From: the human T2T-CHM13v2.0 reference genome, Homo sapiens
Length of the DNA: 64,000 nt
Reading direction: 5' to 3' (one strand)
Assembly (NCBI RefSeq): GCF_009914755.1
Contig: NC_060930.1
Part shown: piece after piece, positions 1-12,221 of the stretch
Position numbering within the stretch: position 1 is the stretch's first letter
Layout: each line of letters starts with the position of its first letter
Made by a program: the position numbers and the translations under genes
The notes under the pieces: model-generated
Database searches by the model: none
What the model was told of the DNA's origin: nothing
The model's input: the letters and a program-made list of their open reading frames with translations, nothing else

Positions 1-45
1 CAGTGATTGGCTTCTTTGTCTGCTTTTAGAATTGGGTATATGTTT

Positions 46-786
46 GGATCAGCTGTATGCATTAGGACCCATTGTATGCATTAGTATCAGCTGAATACAT
101 TAGGGTCAGTCATATGTATTAGGACCAGCTATATGCATTATGGTCAGCTATATGCCTCAAGGTCTGCTATCTGCATCAGGGTCAGCTATATGCACCAGTT
201 ATGTGCATTGAAAACAGTTATATGCGTTACAGTCAGCTCTGTGCATCAAAGTCAGCTGTATGCATCAGGGTCAGGTACATGCATCAGGGTCAGCTCCATG
301 CATCAGGGTCAGCTCCATGCATCAAGGTCAGATATATGCATCAGGGTTGGCTGTGTGCGTCAAAGTCAGCTATATGCATCAGGTTCAGGTATATGCATCA
401 GGGTTAGTATATGCATTAAGGTCAGCTATATGCATCAGGTCAGCTATATGCATTGGGATCAGCTATATGTATCAGGTCGGCTAAATGCATCAGGATGAGC
501 TATATGCATCAGGATCAGTTATATGTACCAGGGTCAGCTATATATGCATCAGGTCAGCTATACGTGTCAGGGTCAACTATATGCATAGGCTCAGCTATAT
601 GCATCAGCGTCAGCTATATGCATCAGGGTCGGCTATATGCATCAGGTCAGCTATATGCATCAGGTCAGCTATATGCATTAGGGTCAGCTATATGCATCAG
701 GGTCAGCTATATGCATCGGGTCAACTATATGCATGGGGTCAGCTATATGCATCAGGTCAGCTGTACACCTTAGGGCCATTTATGCA
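46..786. repeat. Minisatellite/VNTR, 18-19 bp unit, consensus (G)GGTCAGCTATATGCATCA, roughly 39-40 copies
   Basis: Directly visible tandem units such as ggtcagctatatgcatca(g) at 420-437 and 645-700. Copies are degenerate at the 5' end and near-identical at about 590-760. Confidence 0.97.
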
Positions 787-2349
787 CATGAAGGCCAGTG
801 ATCTGCATGTCCCTGCTCTTTAATCTGGCAGCTCTTCCCCAGCCAATGATCTATCAATGCCTACCTGAAAAGTGACACCTTCTGTGGGGCAATTTATAAT
901 CCCTGCTGCTTTGCTCGATAGTTTGAAACAAAGCTACATATAGGACTTATTTGCATGAAACACATAATGTGGGTGGCCCAACTTTGGGTATTCCTCCCCA
1001 CCACCTCCACTGAAAGGCCCTAAATCCACATTTGTCACACGCCCACCTGCTATGAGAATACAATTAAATACCAAATTCTATTCAAGTTTATTCTTTTAAA
1101 AGCCCCAGAAAAGCTTTAAAACCAGACACCAACAAAGCCAATAAAAAGAAAAGAAAGTTTTATAGTAAACCAGGGAAAAGTATAAAAGAAAAAATATAAA
1201 AGAAAAAAATAGGTAAGCAGCATGTTGAAAAGACAGGAAGTCTTTCCAGAAAAGTAAATCAATGTAGAAAAAGGAGTCATTCAGAAAACGTTGACGTATC
1301 ATAAGAGAAAAATAGTAGGTAAAGAATTAAATTGACAAAAAGTCAATAAGAAATGTGAAAAAAAATCGGTATAAAGCAGCTCACACACAATGCAGAATTG
1401 GAGGTTTCCATTGCTAAAGAAGCCTTGCTCTGACTGAACAGCAGCCCAAAATCAAGGCCAGGGGTTCCTATGCTTCCAGGATGCCAAATGCTCCGCTCCC
1501 CTAGGAATGTGATCATTCAGATTGGGTTCTAAAGCTGAAGGGCTTTACTGCTTTTCTAATTTACTAGAAATACACAAATACAACTAAGGAAAGTGAGAGA
1601 GAGATCGCTTTTTGAAGGCAAATTCCTTTTCTCTCATCCCTAGCTCTGCTGGCCAGAGCACAGGTTGAATCTCAAGAGGACCCTGAACTCTAGCAGGAGA
1701 GCCTAGAGCAGGTCTCTGAGTTTCTTACAGAGCCGTATGGAGCTGCTACTGTTTCCAAAGGGGTTTCAGTTCTCTCCAAGCATCCTGACTATATGACCAC
1801 GAGCTACTGCTTAACAAACAGCTGCGGTGGGCTTGGAAGGCATGGGTTCCTGATGCAGGCCTCTAGAAGGTTCCAGTGAGGTCCTGATGGGCCCCCTACA
1901 GCATCCTCATGGTCATGCTGTGTTCTTGTCTCGAGCAAGGAACCACTGCCATTATGGCAGGGGGCACCACTTATGACATTTGCAAACCCATTAGCATTGC
2001 TGTAGTTTATAAAAGCCTGATGGCAGTGGGAAAAGAAAAGGTTACAGGGAAGCTATAAAGGAAAGAAGAAAATTAAGGAGAGCTTTCTCCTTTCACTTCT
2101 TGCTTTTGTGGCTTTTGCCCTTCCCTGCACTCTGGAATTACCATTGTTGGCAAAAGTGATTGGTTGAGTTCTTGAATATAAACATGGCTGGACTTCTCTT
2201 TATATTTGTGGAGGAATTCCCAATGCCTGGAATTTGTAATATGAGTTTTTGATTTATAATCAGAATTTGAGGGATAAGTCTAAGAAATGACTATAGGAAT
2301 TGATTATGGATGAGTAGTATTTGTCAAGTTTACAGATTTAGTCAGGAAA

Positions 2350-2700
2350 TGCTCATTAAGTTTCTATTCTACTCCAGGTTTAGGTATTGGGAATGGAGCA
2401 CAGAAAGAGGCAGACAAGTGCCCAGTACTAGTAGAGCTTCTATTCCAGTGGGGAGAAGTCAACAGTCAAGATAGAAGTCAGGGTAATGCAAGTTGTAGGC
2501 CATCAGAACTGCAAGAGACACCAGCTGTCTGTAATGCAATAGAGTGCTGCGGTGGCCATGTGAGTCTGACTAAAATAAGGAGAAGGAGTCAACAGTAAGA
2601 ACGGGGAGAGCTGCTGAGAAGGCTTCAGGTGGGAATGGATTTATTCTGCTTGAGCAAAAGAAAGCAGGCCGGGTAGGCTAGAGTGTAGGCTAAGACAGAG
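2350..2700 (-). mobile_element. L2 LINE fragment (ancient)
   Basis: Antisense L2 3'-end-like text (tcattaagtttctattc...gagcttctattccagtggggaga), highly diverged. Confidence 0.55.
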
Positions 2701-2839
2701 CGACATATGACATGAGCTCCAGAGGGAGGCGGAAGCCCCGTAGGGCTCTCCTTTAAAAATAGACTTGCAGATGATGGATAACTAAAGCTGTCACGAAAAC
2801 CTTGATGTGGAGCTACCAATACTGGGCAATGACTGCCGA

Positions 2840-3010
2840 GTACAATACCAGGCTCTTTATGTTCATAATTTCTAATCTTCAGGCCAGCCCTGGTAGGCTT
2901 TGTAATCCTCATTGTGCAGATGAAGAAACTGATTCTAAGAGGCTTAGTTGTAGGTCATCCAGCTATTAAGTGGCAGAGCTAGGATTTGAATATGGGCCTG
3001 CCTTACGTAA
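2840..3010 (-). mobile_element. MIR SINE
   Basis: MIR core in antisense: cctcattgtgcagatgaagaaactga...ggtcatccagctattaagtggcagagctaggatttgaa. Confidence 0.8.
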
Positions 3011-3034
3011 CACCTTGGCTCAGAACCCTACCCG

Positions 3035-3175
3035 GGGGCTCTCCAGTCACCTGTGGAGCTGGCTTGACACGGTGCCTGGCTCCTCCAGGGATTCGGATTC
3101 TGTAGGTCTGGGGTAGGGCCCAGAGACACATGTATTTTTCAGAATCTCCTCAGGGCATTCAAAAGGTGGCTGCGA
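3035..3175. mobile_element. MER5A-like hAT-Charlie MITE
   Basis: Matches MER5A-type text: gattcggattctgtaggtctggggtagggcccagagacacatgtattttt. Confidence 0.65.
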
Positions 3176-3485
3176 TTTATAGCAGGACTATAGTTGACTC
3201 TGTTATTTTCCAAAAAACTTTAAATAATCAAGCAATCAGTTAAGCAAGCAGACAGACAAAAATGAACAAAACCCCTAAGTCTGGTAGGAGCCAGGGGTGT
3301 ACTCTTTAAATCCAGGGTCAGACACAGCAAGCATGAGCCTATCTTCCCAGTCTAACCCACCATGGCTCTTAGACACTCAGTAATAAAGTGGTCATTATCC
3401 TTTGTTTAAAACTCTCTTTCTCTTTACTGAGGATATCAGGCAATACCACAGACTCGCAGGAGCTGATAAAGGAATGTCAGATTTT

Positions 3486-4140
3486 TTTTTTAATTGGTTC
3501 TTTTTTTTATTATTATACTTTAAGTTCTAGGGTGCATGTGCACAACGTGCTGGTTTGATACATAGGTGTACCTGTGCCTTGTTGGTTTGCCGCACCCATC
3601 AACTCATTTACCTTAGGTATTTCTCCTAATGCTATCCCTCCCCGCTCCCCCCACCCCACGACAGGCCCCAGGGTGTGATGTTCCCCGCCCTGTGTCCATG
3701 TGTTCTCATTGTTCAATTCCCACCTATGAGTGAGAACATGCACTGTTTGATTTTCTGTCCTTGTGATAGTTTGCTTAGAACGATGGTTTCCAGCTTCATC
3801 CATGTCCCTGCAAAGGACATGAACTCATCCTTTTTTATGGCTGCATAGTATTCCATGGTGTATATGTGCCACATTTTCTTAATCCAGTCTATCACTGATG
3901 GACATTTGGGTTGGTTCCAAGTCTTTGCTATTGTGAATAGTGCTGCAATAAACATACGTGTGCATGTGTCTTTATAGTAGCATGATTTATAATCCTTTGG
4001 GTATATACCCAGTAATGGAATGGCTGGGTCAAATGGTAATTCTAGTTCTAGATCCTTGAGGAATCGCCACACTGTATTCCAGAATGGTTGAACTAATTTA
4101 CACTCCCACCAACAGTATAAAAGCATTCCTATTTCTCCAC
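3486..4140 (-). mobile_element. 5'-truncated L1PA (L1PA6-like), ~650 bp, ORF2 C-terminus plus 3'UTR
   Basis: Poly(T) and L1 3'UTR, ORF2p C-terminal peptide ([19 protein letters not shown]...MEYYAAIKKDEFMSFAGTWMKLETI). 17-bp TSD AAGGAATG(T/C)CAGATTTT at 3469-3485 and 4141-4157. Confidence 0.95.
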
Positions 4141-4659
4141 AAGGAATGCCAGATTTTGTAGTAATAATAAATTTTTGTGCAGAAATATATATGTGGTACA
4201 GTAATAGTGAAATGACAGACAGAAGGGTTTCGGCATGGGCTGCCCATTTTCCCCTGGACCCCATCACATATGCTGCAAATCTTAGACATCTGCAGATATG
4301 TGTATGTGAAGCTTGAGCTGCAACCTGTCCATATTGTATTTTATTTTTGTTTTTGCAATTCACTCTCATTTTTATTTGCTCGGCAAACATGTTGTCTCTA
4401 TTACATAATTGAAGAGCAACCAGAGGTTCCTATTAATGAATAGTTAGCGCTAAGGATCTGTAATCACAGATTCTTACAGGAGATGATGGAAAATGCCAAG
4501 CAACTTTAGAAGAGTTTCCTTCAGAAGAGCTGTTTCAGAGCCTGCTGTGTAAGGAGGCTGTGTCTGTTGTTCGGATTAAAGTTTGTGAGAATGAATTTTC
4601 TCACTGGTTTGAAGTACTTAATGATATTCACGATATGAAGTAAAATATATACATGTTCA

Positions 4660-5850
4660 CTTTCCTTCAAAAATATATTTGATCTTTTACTGTGTGTAAA
4701 ATCGTCTCTTAAATATTGGGGAGGGGAAGAGAGATGAATCAGACCTGAATCCTCTTACAAGCAAGATTGTTGTCTGGGAGGAGAATAGAGACAGATAAAC
4801 CAGCTCTACTGTGAGGAAGAAGGTAGTGGCTGGAGGAAAGCAGAGATTGCACTATCGTAAAAAGCTGAATGAAGGACAGTTACCCAGAGGAGACAATGTT
4901 CAAGCTGGGTCTTGAAGGATGTGTGCCAACAGATGTCCCCACTTCCCATGTTCAAAACTGAACTCCTAATCTTGCCTCCTCTTCCCAGCCCTCCACAGCC
5001 CTCAGTGCTGACTGCGTCCTTCCTGTAGCTCAGGCTATACACCTGGAGTCCTCTTTCTCAATCCTTCAGCAAATTATATCTGCTACATCTTGAAAATACG
5101 TCCTAATGAGGCTCAGATGGAATCATTGTCTTGTCCAAATCGTGTGTCAGTGATGAAGCCAGCATTTGAACCCAAACTGCCTTACTCCAGAACTCATTCT
5201 CTGTATTGCTCCCCAAGTGTAACATGGAGGGAGAACATTTATTTTGTGTGTAGAGGCTGATCCCGTATGGAGAGGAGCATTAGCTTCAGACGGTAGATTG
5301 GGATCAGATCATGGCGGGATTTAAGCTCTGGGTAGAAGAGCTGGAATTCTATTTCACAAACCACAGAGACGTTTGATAATTTGGGGAGGCAAAGGGTGGA
5401 ATCCAAATGCTACTTCTGGATGAGTCGTGGCCAGAGTGAGAGGTTGCTTGAAGAGAAGCATCTGGAAGTGGAGGCTCTTCCAAGGGTTGGGATGAGAAGC
5501 ACTGAGACTCAATGAGCAACGGGACTGGAAAGGAAGCAGTGGAATTGGACATTTCAGAGGTTAATTAAACCTAAGTTTGGAATTTATTGGCTTTGGAGGC
5601 AAGGAAGGGATGCTCAATGATCTTTTCCCACTTTCTTTGACACATAATTTACATACAATAAATGCACTGAGATTGAAGTGAACCTGTATGGTTGGAGATA
5701 GTGATGTTATTAACAGAACTTTATTTTGGAAGGAAAATGAAGGAGAAGTTCAACTGATTTTGAGGTGCTTACGGGTCATTCTGCTGAAATTATCAAATCA
5801 GGCAGATAGAGACATGAGGATGAAGAGGGGTGCCTCAAGATTAAGCATAA
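4660..5850. mobile_element. Cluster of L2 fragments (both orientations) with a MIR piece at ~5105-5205
   Basis: L2-like catgttcaaaactgaactcctaatct (4947-4972, +), L2-like gagctgggtcttgaaggatg-type text (-), and MIR-like gaggctcaga...gccagcatttgaaccca. Confidence 0.55.
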
Positions 5851-6399
5851 GTCACTTAACTTTTACATCAGCAGTATTTCAAATTAAATAATCTGAAATT
5901 TCTCCATCAGTAATCCATCACCAGACAATCTGGACAATATGTATTATATAAAAAATATTTTAATTGCAGAATTGAGCTCATCAAGCAGTAAGTTCCAGAA
6001 ACTATGAATGAAGTAGAAGTCAGATCTAAGACCATGAGCTTAAAGCTGGTATCCTCAAGTGGCTATAGCAAGAGTAGAAAGTTTCAATTAAAAATGTACC
6101 CACAAGGGAGGGAGGCCACTACAGAACTTATGTGTCTTAAGTTCTGCACATAAAATAATCTCCTCTAAGTTTTTGTAAGCATAACAGTGCCCTCGAACTA
6201 CTTATAGGGTTGAAATATATATTACCTATGTGGTCCAGGAGCCCATAAGGCAAAATAATTATTTAAAAAGTGATCCTAGGCTGGTAATACTCCTGGAGCA
6301 CCTGATAAAATTCAACACAAAAGAGCTATAGTTTTATATCTTCATCCAAGGTTACAAAAGACTCCCTCCGATAAAGTCCAGCTGAAGATGTGTTTCTGC

Positions 6400-7210
6400 A
6401 AGGAACAACTCCAGTATGAACAACAGGCATAGGACAGTGTAATGTTGGTAGAAGGAATAGAAACATAGAAGGATGGAAGAGAATGGAGAGCCCAGCATTA
6501 GACTGCAAGATTTCAGAAAACAGCACACAAAATTGGTAGAGAAAAGGATATAAATTCACTAACCATCGTGGAAATCGGTTACTATATTTTAGAAAGGTAG
6601 ATTATGTCTGTACCTCCCTCTGTACACCAAAATCAATGAAAACAGTACAACTTTCAGAAGATAAGGAGAACATATTTCTGATCTTATAGTAAAAAGTGAT
6701 CTCTTAAATATGATATACTAAGGACAAACCTTAAAAGATTATGAAAATTAAAACTTCTTTACAATGAGATGACTAAAAGGGCTAAGAACATTGGAAGAAG
6801 ATATTCGCGAATGCCTAGAATCTACACAGGATTAGCATCCAGAGTTTATGATGAAATCCAACAATTCAACGAAACAAACCAAGTAAAAATTAAACTATAT
6901 AAACACAATTTAAAAAAAAGATAACCTAAATGGCCAATAATATATGAAAGGATGTTCAACCTTTTGATTTAATGCAGATTAAGGTAATAGTGTGATGTAA
7001 TTTGAAACCTGGAACTCTGACATGACAAGCTTAGGTATAGGCAGAGCCGTAGGGCACCTCAAACACTGCTGCTGAGAACATTAATTGTTGCATCTTTTGG
7101 GGAGCAATTCAGCAAAAGTAGTAATACTGAATATGGTCCTATCTGTGATACCACAATGTCCCTCCTGGGGACATACCCTGGACTTCAGGACTTGGAAAGA
7201 CTCTTCTACA
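6400..7210 (+). mobile_element. Old L1M (L1ME/L1MC-like) ORF2 3' region fragment
   Basis: A-rich degraded L1 text: aaaattaaaacttct, gaagatattcgcgaat, aaatggccaataatatatgaaaggatgttcaacc, aatgcagattaa. Confidence 0.7.
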
Positions 7211-8568
7211 CACAGCAGATAAATCATGGAAGCCACAGGGTATACAGAGATACAAGAAGGCATCAAAGATGGATCTTTGCAGAACCTCTGCCTGAAGGAG
7301 ACAGAAGGGGCATCTGGAAAGAAAGGAGGAGACCTCAGAACACAGGTCAGGGCTGCCAAAGACAGAGAATGCCAGGAAAGAGGATTGGCCTGTTGTATCC
7401 AATACCACTGAGTTTAGGGAGGAGGATGTCTTCAAAGGGTCTGTTGAATTTGTTTGTTGAAAACCATTGAGGAAAATCTTGAAAGAACTCTACGCAGAGT
7501 GATGAGGACGATATGACAGGGATTAGCCTATGTGTATTGAGAGGGCGTGGGAGCCTGAGTGGTCGTTTGAGTTAAATGTTGCGCTTAAGAAAAGTAGATG
7601 AGTTATTCAGTAAGACTGGTTGTGAGAAGAAGGAGGAAAATCAACTTATTCACTTGTGGATATGTCAGGATCAAAGGAAAGATGGTTTTGTTTTCTGGAG
7701 ACCTGAGACAAGCTGTTTACAGAGAAGTCGAGAGAATAAAGTTACAAGAGGAACAAGAGTGATAGAGTGGGACCCGTATCTGTAAGATTTGATTTCTGCT
7801 GAGAAAAAAATAAAAAGAGGTGTTTTTATATACTTTGAATTGGAATTTGCATACATTGGAAAGTAAGGAAATTTTACAGAATGAAACCCTAAAGGGTGTT
7901 CAAGTGCTTAGTAACTGTGATTCCAGGACCAGATGACATGTGAAAATTACGTTGTTTTTAATTGCACTCATCTCAAGATTTTTTTCTTTTGTCTTCTTCT
8001 GGATTTTTGTTTGTTTGTTCTTAGTCAGGCAAGGAAATAGTTTCATTTTAAGATCTTGGGAACTGAGGGGTGGAATGCTGTCTGTATTTTCTTCACAAAC
8101 TTTTGGCAAGAGTTCAGATTTACCTTGTGGAATGTATTATATGCAACTATGGTATTCAGAACAGGACTTTGTTTGTCTTAACAATCCTTTTTTTTTCTTT
8201 TACTAGTGGGAGAAAGTCAGGGACAAAATTCAAATTGCATTTCTTTCCATGACATTTTTAAAAAATATAAATGCACCCTGGTGGTCTCTCTTCTGGGTTG
8301 GACAGAGCTGGTTTCCTCAGCCCCGGCCTGGCTTCCTGTGTCCCAGCTGCTTCCTGCCCCTGCGTGGCCTATGCATCCCGGATGCTGCTGTGGGTCCTTC
8401 TGCCCAGCCTTGGCTGCCCGCATAGCAGAGCCTCTGACTCCCAGCTTAGTGCTCATAACATAAAGGCACTAATAGCCCCAGAGAGCTTGACTTCAAGACC
8501 TCTCTCTGAAATCATATTGCAATAGCAGGTCGTCTTGTCCACAGAAGCCTCAAAGTAAACCTCTTCCC

Positions 8569-8770
8569 GGGGAACATCACACTCTGGGGACTGTTGTGGG
8601 GTGGGGGGACGGGGAAGGGATAGCATTAGGAGATATACCTAATGCTAAATGACGAGTTAATGGGTGCAGCACACCAGCATGGCGCATGTATACATATGTA
8701 ACTAACCTGCACATTGTGCACATGTACCCTAAAACTTAAAGTATAATAATAATAAAATAAAATAAAAAGA
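8569..8770 (+). mobile_element. Short 5'-truncated L1PA3-like 3'UTR insertion (~200 bp)
   Basis: Diagnostic taatgctaaatgacgagttaatgggtgcagcacaccagcatgg and an A-rich tail. TSD aaacctcttccc at 8557-8568 and 8771-8782. Confidence 0.95.
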
Positions 8771-9307
8771 AAACCTCTTCCCAGAGCCCCAAGGGGGACA
8801 TCAGGGTATATGGGGGTGGTGGCAAGAGAGGCCCTGGTTTCTGTGTTATCCTCACCCATCTGAAGTTCTCCGCTCTCTCAGGGTATAGCCTAGAGATTTC
8901 TACCTTTGACTCTCTACTCTTATATTTTCTTCTTGATGTTTTCAGTATATCCTAGACCATAACTAAGTAGCAGACTTCTTTTCCTTGTCTCATGTCATTT
9001 TTTACAAGTAGTAGAAGCACAGATCTCATCCTAAGTGAAAGGGGGACCATGTCCGAACTCTAGGAGAGAGGGGCACGGATGCGGGTCTTCTGGTCCTGGT
9101 TTTTGATGCGCTAAAGGAGGAGATAAAATAGTAGTGCTTCCTCTCCAAACAGTATTTGGTTCATGAGCTCAATATTCAAAATATTGAACAATTCAACAAT
9201 ATTTAGTTATTGTGCTACAGAATCTTATTTTACTATAAAAAGCTGTAAAGCTACAAAGAAAAAAATATTATACAGATTGTTGGTTTTACCCCCTAAATCC
9301 ATTCTTC

Positions 9308-9967
9308 TACAAGCCAAAAATAAAAGTCAAAGCATGTCAGCCAACTGATGGGCCCTCCCCTTGGCCAAGGGCATTCCAAAGTTAATCTGAAAAATGAATT
9401 CAGGCCACAGTGGGAAGTGGGGGTAAGATATGCCTCATGATCCCTTCCTTTCTTTGGAATTCAGGCATAGCTGACCAGCATTAACATTAAAACAGAAACC
9501 TTAAGACTGACAAACAGACTCTTTAAGTCTGATAAGAGACATTTAAAATCTATTTTCTCTGAAGCCTGCTGCAGGGAGGCTTCATTTGTGTGATAAAACC
9601 TAGATCTCCTGGACCCCGTATCTTAACTCAGATACTCCCTTCTATTGATTCCAGGTCTTTAGATGAACTCTTTCAACCAATTGCCAATCAGAAAATTGCC
9701 ACCTATGACCTGGATGCTCCCTGCTTTCAGTTTTCCCATCTTTTCTGACAAAACAAATATAAATTTTACATATATTGATTGATATCTTATGTATTTATTG
9801 AGGTCTTATGTGTCTCTGAAATGTATAAAACCAAGTTATAGCCTGACCACCTTGGGCACATGTTCTCAGGATCTCCTGAGAGCTGTTTCACGGGCCATTG
9901 GCCACTCATATTTGACTCAGAGTAAATCTTTCAAATATTTTATGGAGTCTAACTCTTTTTGTTGACA
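9308..9967 (+). mobile_element. MER4-family (MER4B/D-like) ERV1 solo LTR
   Basis: Starts tacaagccaaaaataaaa (consensus TGTAAACCAAAAATAAAA), contains ccttggccaagggc and tataaaaccaag...gaccaccttgggcacatgttctcagga, ends gttgaca. 4-bp TSD cttc at 9304-9307 and 9968-9971. Confidence 0.9.
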
Positions 9968-10195
9968 CTTCTTATCTTGCACTCGTGTTAGAATTTCTAC
10001 ATAGGCATGCTGCTGCCTAGCCAGCCCATGCTTCCAAGATTCCCTTGCAGCTCATTTTGGCCATAAGTCTATGTCCTGGCCAGTGGTGTGTACAGAGAGG
10101 GATATGTGGAGCTTCCAGGTGGTGCCTCCTCTTCCCTTCTGCTGTCCAGGATACCAATGTGGGATGAGCCAGCATTGGTGCAGAGCATGGTACGT

Positions 10196-10638
10196 CATGA
10201 ACCCCACATATCCGAGAGAGGTCTCAGTCAATTTAGTAAGTTTATTTCACCAAAGTTAAGGATGTGTGCCTGTGACAGCCTCAGGAGGTCCTGGTGACAT
10301 GTCCCCAAGGTGGTCAGGGCACAGTTTGGTTTTATACATTTTAGGGAGACCTGAGACATCAATATGTTAAGATGTATGGTGGTTGGGCTGGAAAGGCAGG
10401 ACAACTAGAAGTAGGGAGGGGGCTTCCAGGTCGTAGGTAGATAAGAGACAAATGGATGCATTGTTTTGAGTGTCTGATGAGCCTCTCCAAAGGAAGCAAT
10501 CAGATATGCATTTATCTCAGTGAGCAGAGGGATGACTTTGAATGGAATGGGAGGCAGGTTTGCCCTAAGCAGTTCCCAGGTTGACTTTTCTCCTTAGCTT
10601 AGTGATTTTGGGGTCCCAAGATTTGTTTTCCTTTCACA
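10196..10638 (-). mobile_element. MER4A1-like ERV1 solo LTR
   Basis: Reverse complement starts TGTGAAAGGAAAACAAATCTTGGGACCCCAAAATCACTAAGCTAAGG. Near-TSD acgt/acct. Confidence 0.92.
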
Positions 10639-11854
10639 ACCTTACGGAAGACAGAGCAACAAGGCAGGAGGAGGGAGCTGCCCTTCCAGCTGGATGTTCC
10701 TCTCATCTCAGTATTTTATGAGAGAGAAATAAACTTCCAACTTATTTAAGCTACTGTCATTTATGGTTTCTGTGATAGTGGCCAAACCTATATTCTAACA
10801 AATCTGCATGTTGATAACTTTGAAAACATCACCCTGATTAAATTAAGATGGCGTAGTAACACTGAACTTCACAAAACTTCTCAGGATACAGGCCATGCAG
10901 ACAAGCTGAATAAATGATTAGTGAACCAGATAAATACATAGGAAACATTCTTAAAACATTAAAGTACTTGCAAATTTAAGGTAATGGTACATGCTTATTT
11001 AACTTGGTAATCTGGAAGCTAGCCTTATCCCAAAGCCTTTTTTGTCACGTTATTTTTAGTAAGCATGAATGTGAATGCCTACCCTTACGCTAATCCTGGT
11101 TGATTAAATGAGGAAGAACCTATCTGTGGGACAATCAACCCAATCAACCCACAGAGGGACATTAGAAGTAGAGGAAGCTTTTGCTGGTGTGACCATTTGG
11201 TGAAAGTTGCCTTTAATATTTGAGTCATACATGATTGCAGCAGCTGTGCATTTGATGTTGATAAAAACAAAATAATCTCAGATTGTTTCAGTGAGGGGTC
11301 AAAGTAAAATATTGCCATCTTCTATTTATTAACTTATGGGTGGTAGGTGCAGGAGTTAGGTGTAAAGCAGGGCTTTTTTTCCCCATTTTTTTTAATTGTA
11401 AGAGTGAACCTGTTTTTGAGGTCATGGTCACAAAATGTGGATGTCAAATTGTGCTGTCTTTCAAAGGGGTTCTCAGGTGCATCTCCGGAATGTATTGTCA
11501 GAAAGCTCTGGGGGCCCCCTGTTCAAGAAGTCTTGCTGCCATACTGCCGCACTGATTAGATGTTTTCCAAGCTTCAAGAAGCTGCTTCTTGAAAGGATTG
11601 TTTCCCCAAGGCCCAAGAGGAAATGATTCTCACGGGGTTGGGGCTGTCCTGTCCATGACACGCCTGACGCTGTCAGATCTGAACGAATTCACAGACAGAC
11701 GGACTTGTCACCATGAACTCTGTGTGCGTCATCACCCAGGGCTCAGGTGCAAGGTTGTCCCCTTCTCGCCTGGCCTCTGTGATCGTCTTAGATAGCAATG
11801 TTAACTTGCCCTGTTACTGGTACGGGAAAGTAAAATATTTTCTTATTTCAAGCC

Positions 11855-12221
11855 TGTGTCAGTCTATTCTTATACTGCCGTAAAGAACTACCTGAGACTG
11901 GGTAATTTATGAAGAAAAGAGGTTGGATTGGCTCACAGTTCCACAGGCTGCACAGAAGCATGGCTAGGGAGGCCTCAGGAAGCTTGACAATGGTGGGAGG
12001 CAAAGGGGAAGCAGGCACCTTCTTTCCATGGTGACAGGAGAGAGAGTGTGCGGGGGAAAGTGCCACACACTTTTAAACCATCGGGTCTCATGAGAACTTA
12101 CTACCATGAGAACAGCAAGGAGGAAGTCCGCCTCCATGACCCAATCACCTCCCACCAGACCCCTCCCCTGCTTACAGTTCGAGATGAGATTTGGGTGGCG
12201 ACACAGAGCCAGACAAAGTCA
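11855..12221 (-). mobile_element. THE1D/MSTA-like ERVL-MaLR solo LTR
   Basis: Contains cctgagactgggtaatttatgaagaaaagagg...gatgagatttgggtggcgacacagagcc. 5-bp near-TSD aagcc/aaccc. Confidence 0.92.

Larger units (their letters stand above)
9270..10805 (+). mobile_element. Old ERVL/MaLR-class LTR (LTR33/MLT1-like) split by two MER4-family LTRs
   Basis: Pieces at ~9270-9307, 9968-10195 and 10639-10805. The 3' piece has the typical gagagagaaataaactt...tttaagctactgt...ctaac ending. Confidence 0.6.

Noticed and set aside
46-786. CRISPR-like array
   Set aside because: Units are head-to-tail with no unique spacers, there are no cas genes, and the DNA is primate. It is a minisatellite.
133-823. Overlapping ORFs with repeating YMHQGQL/YASGSA/ICIRVS peptides
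   Set aside because: Artefact of an 18/19-bp stop-poor tandem unit cycling through the reading frames. No splice or promoter context and no known protein.
3713-4390. 225-aa ORF as a novel or fusion gene
   Set aside because: The C-terminal ~140 aa are L1 ORF2p. The N-terminal part is chance in-frame flanking sequence across the TSD.
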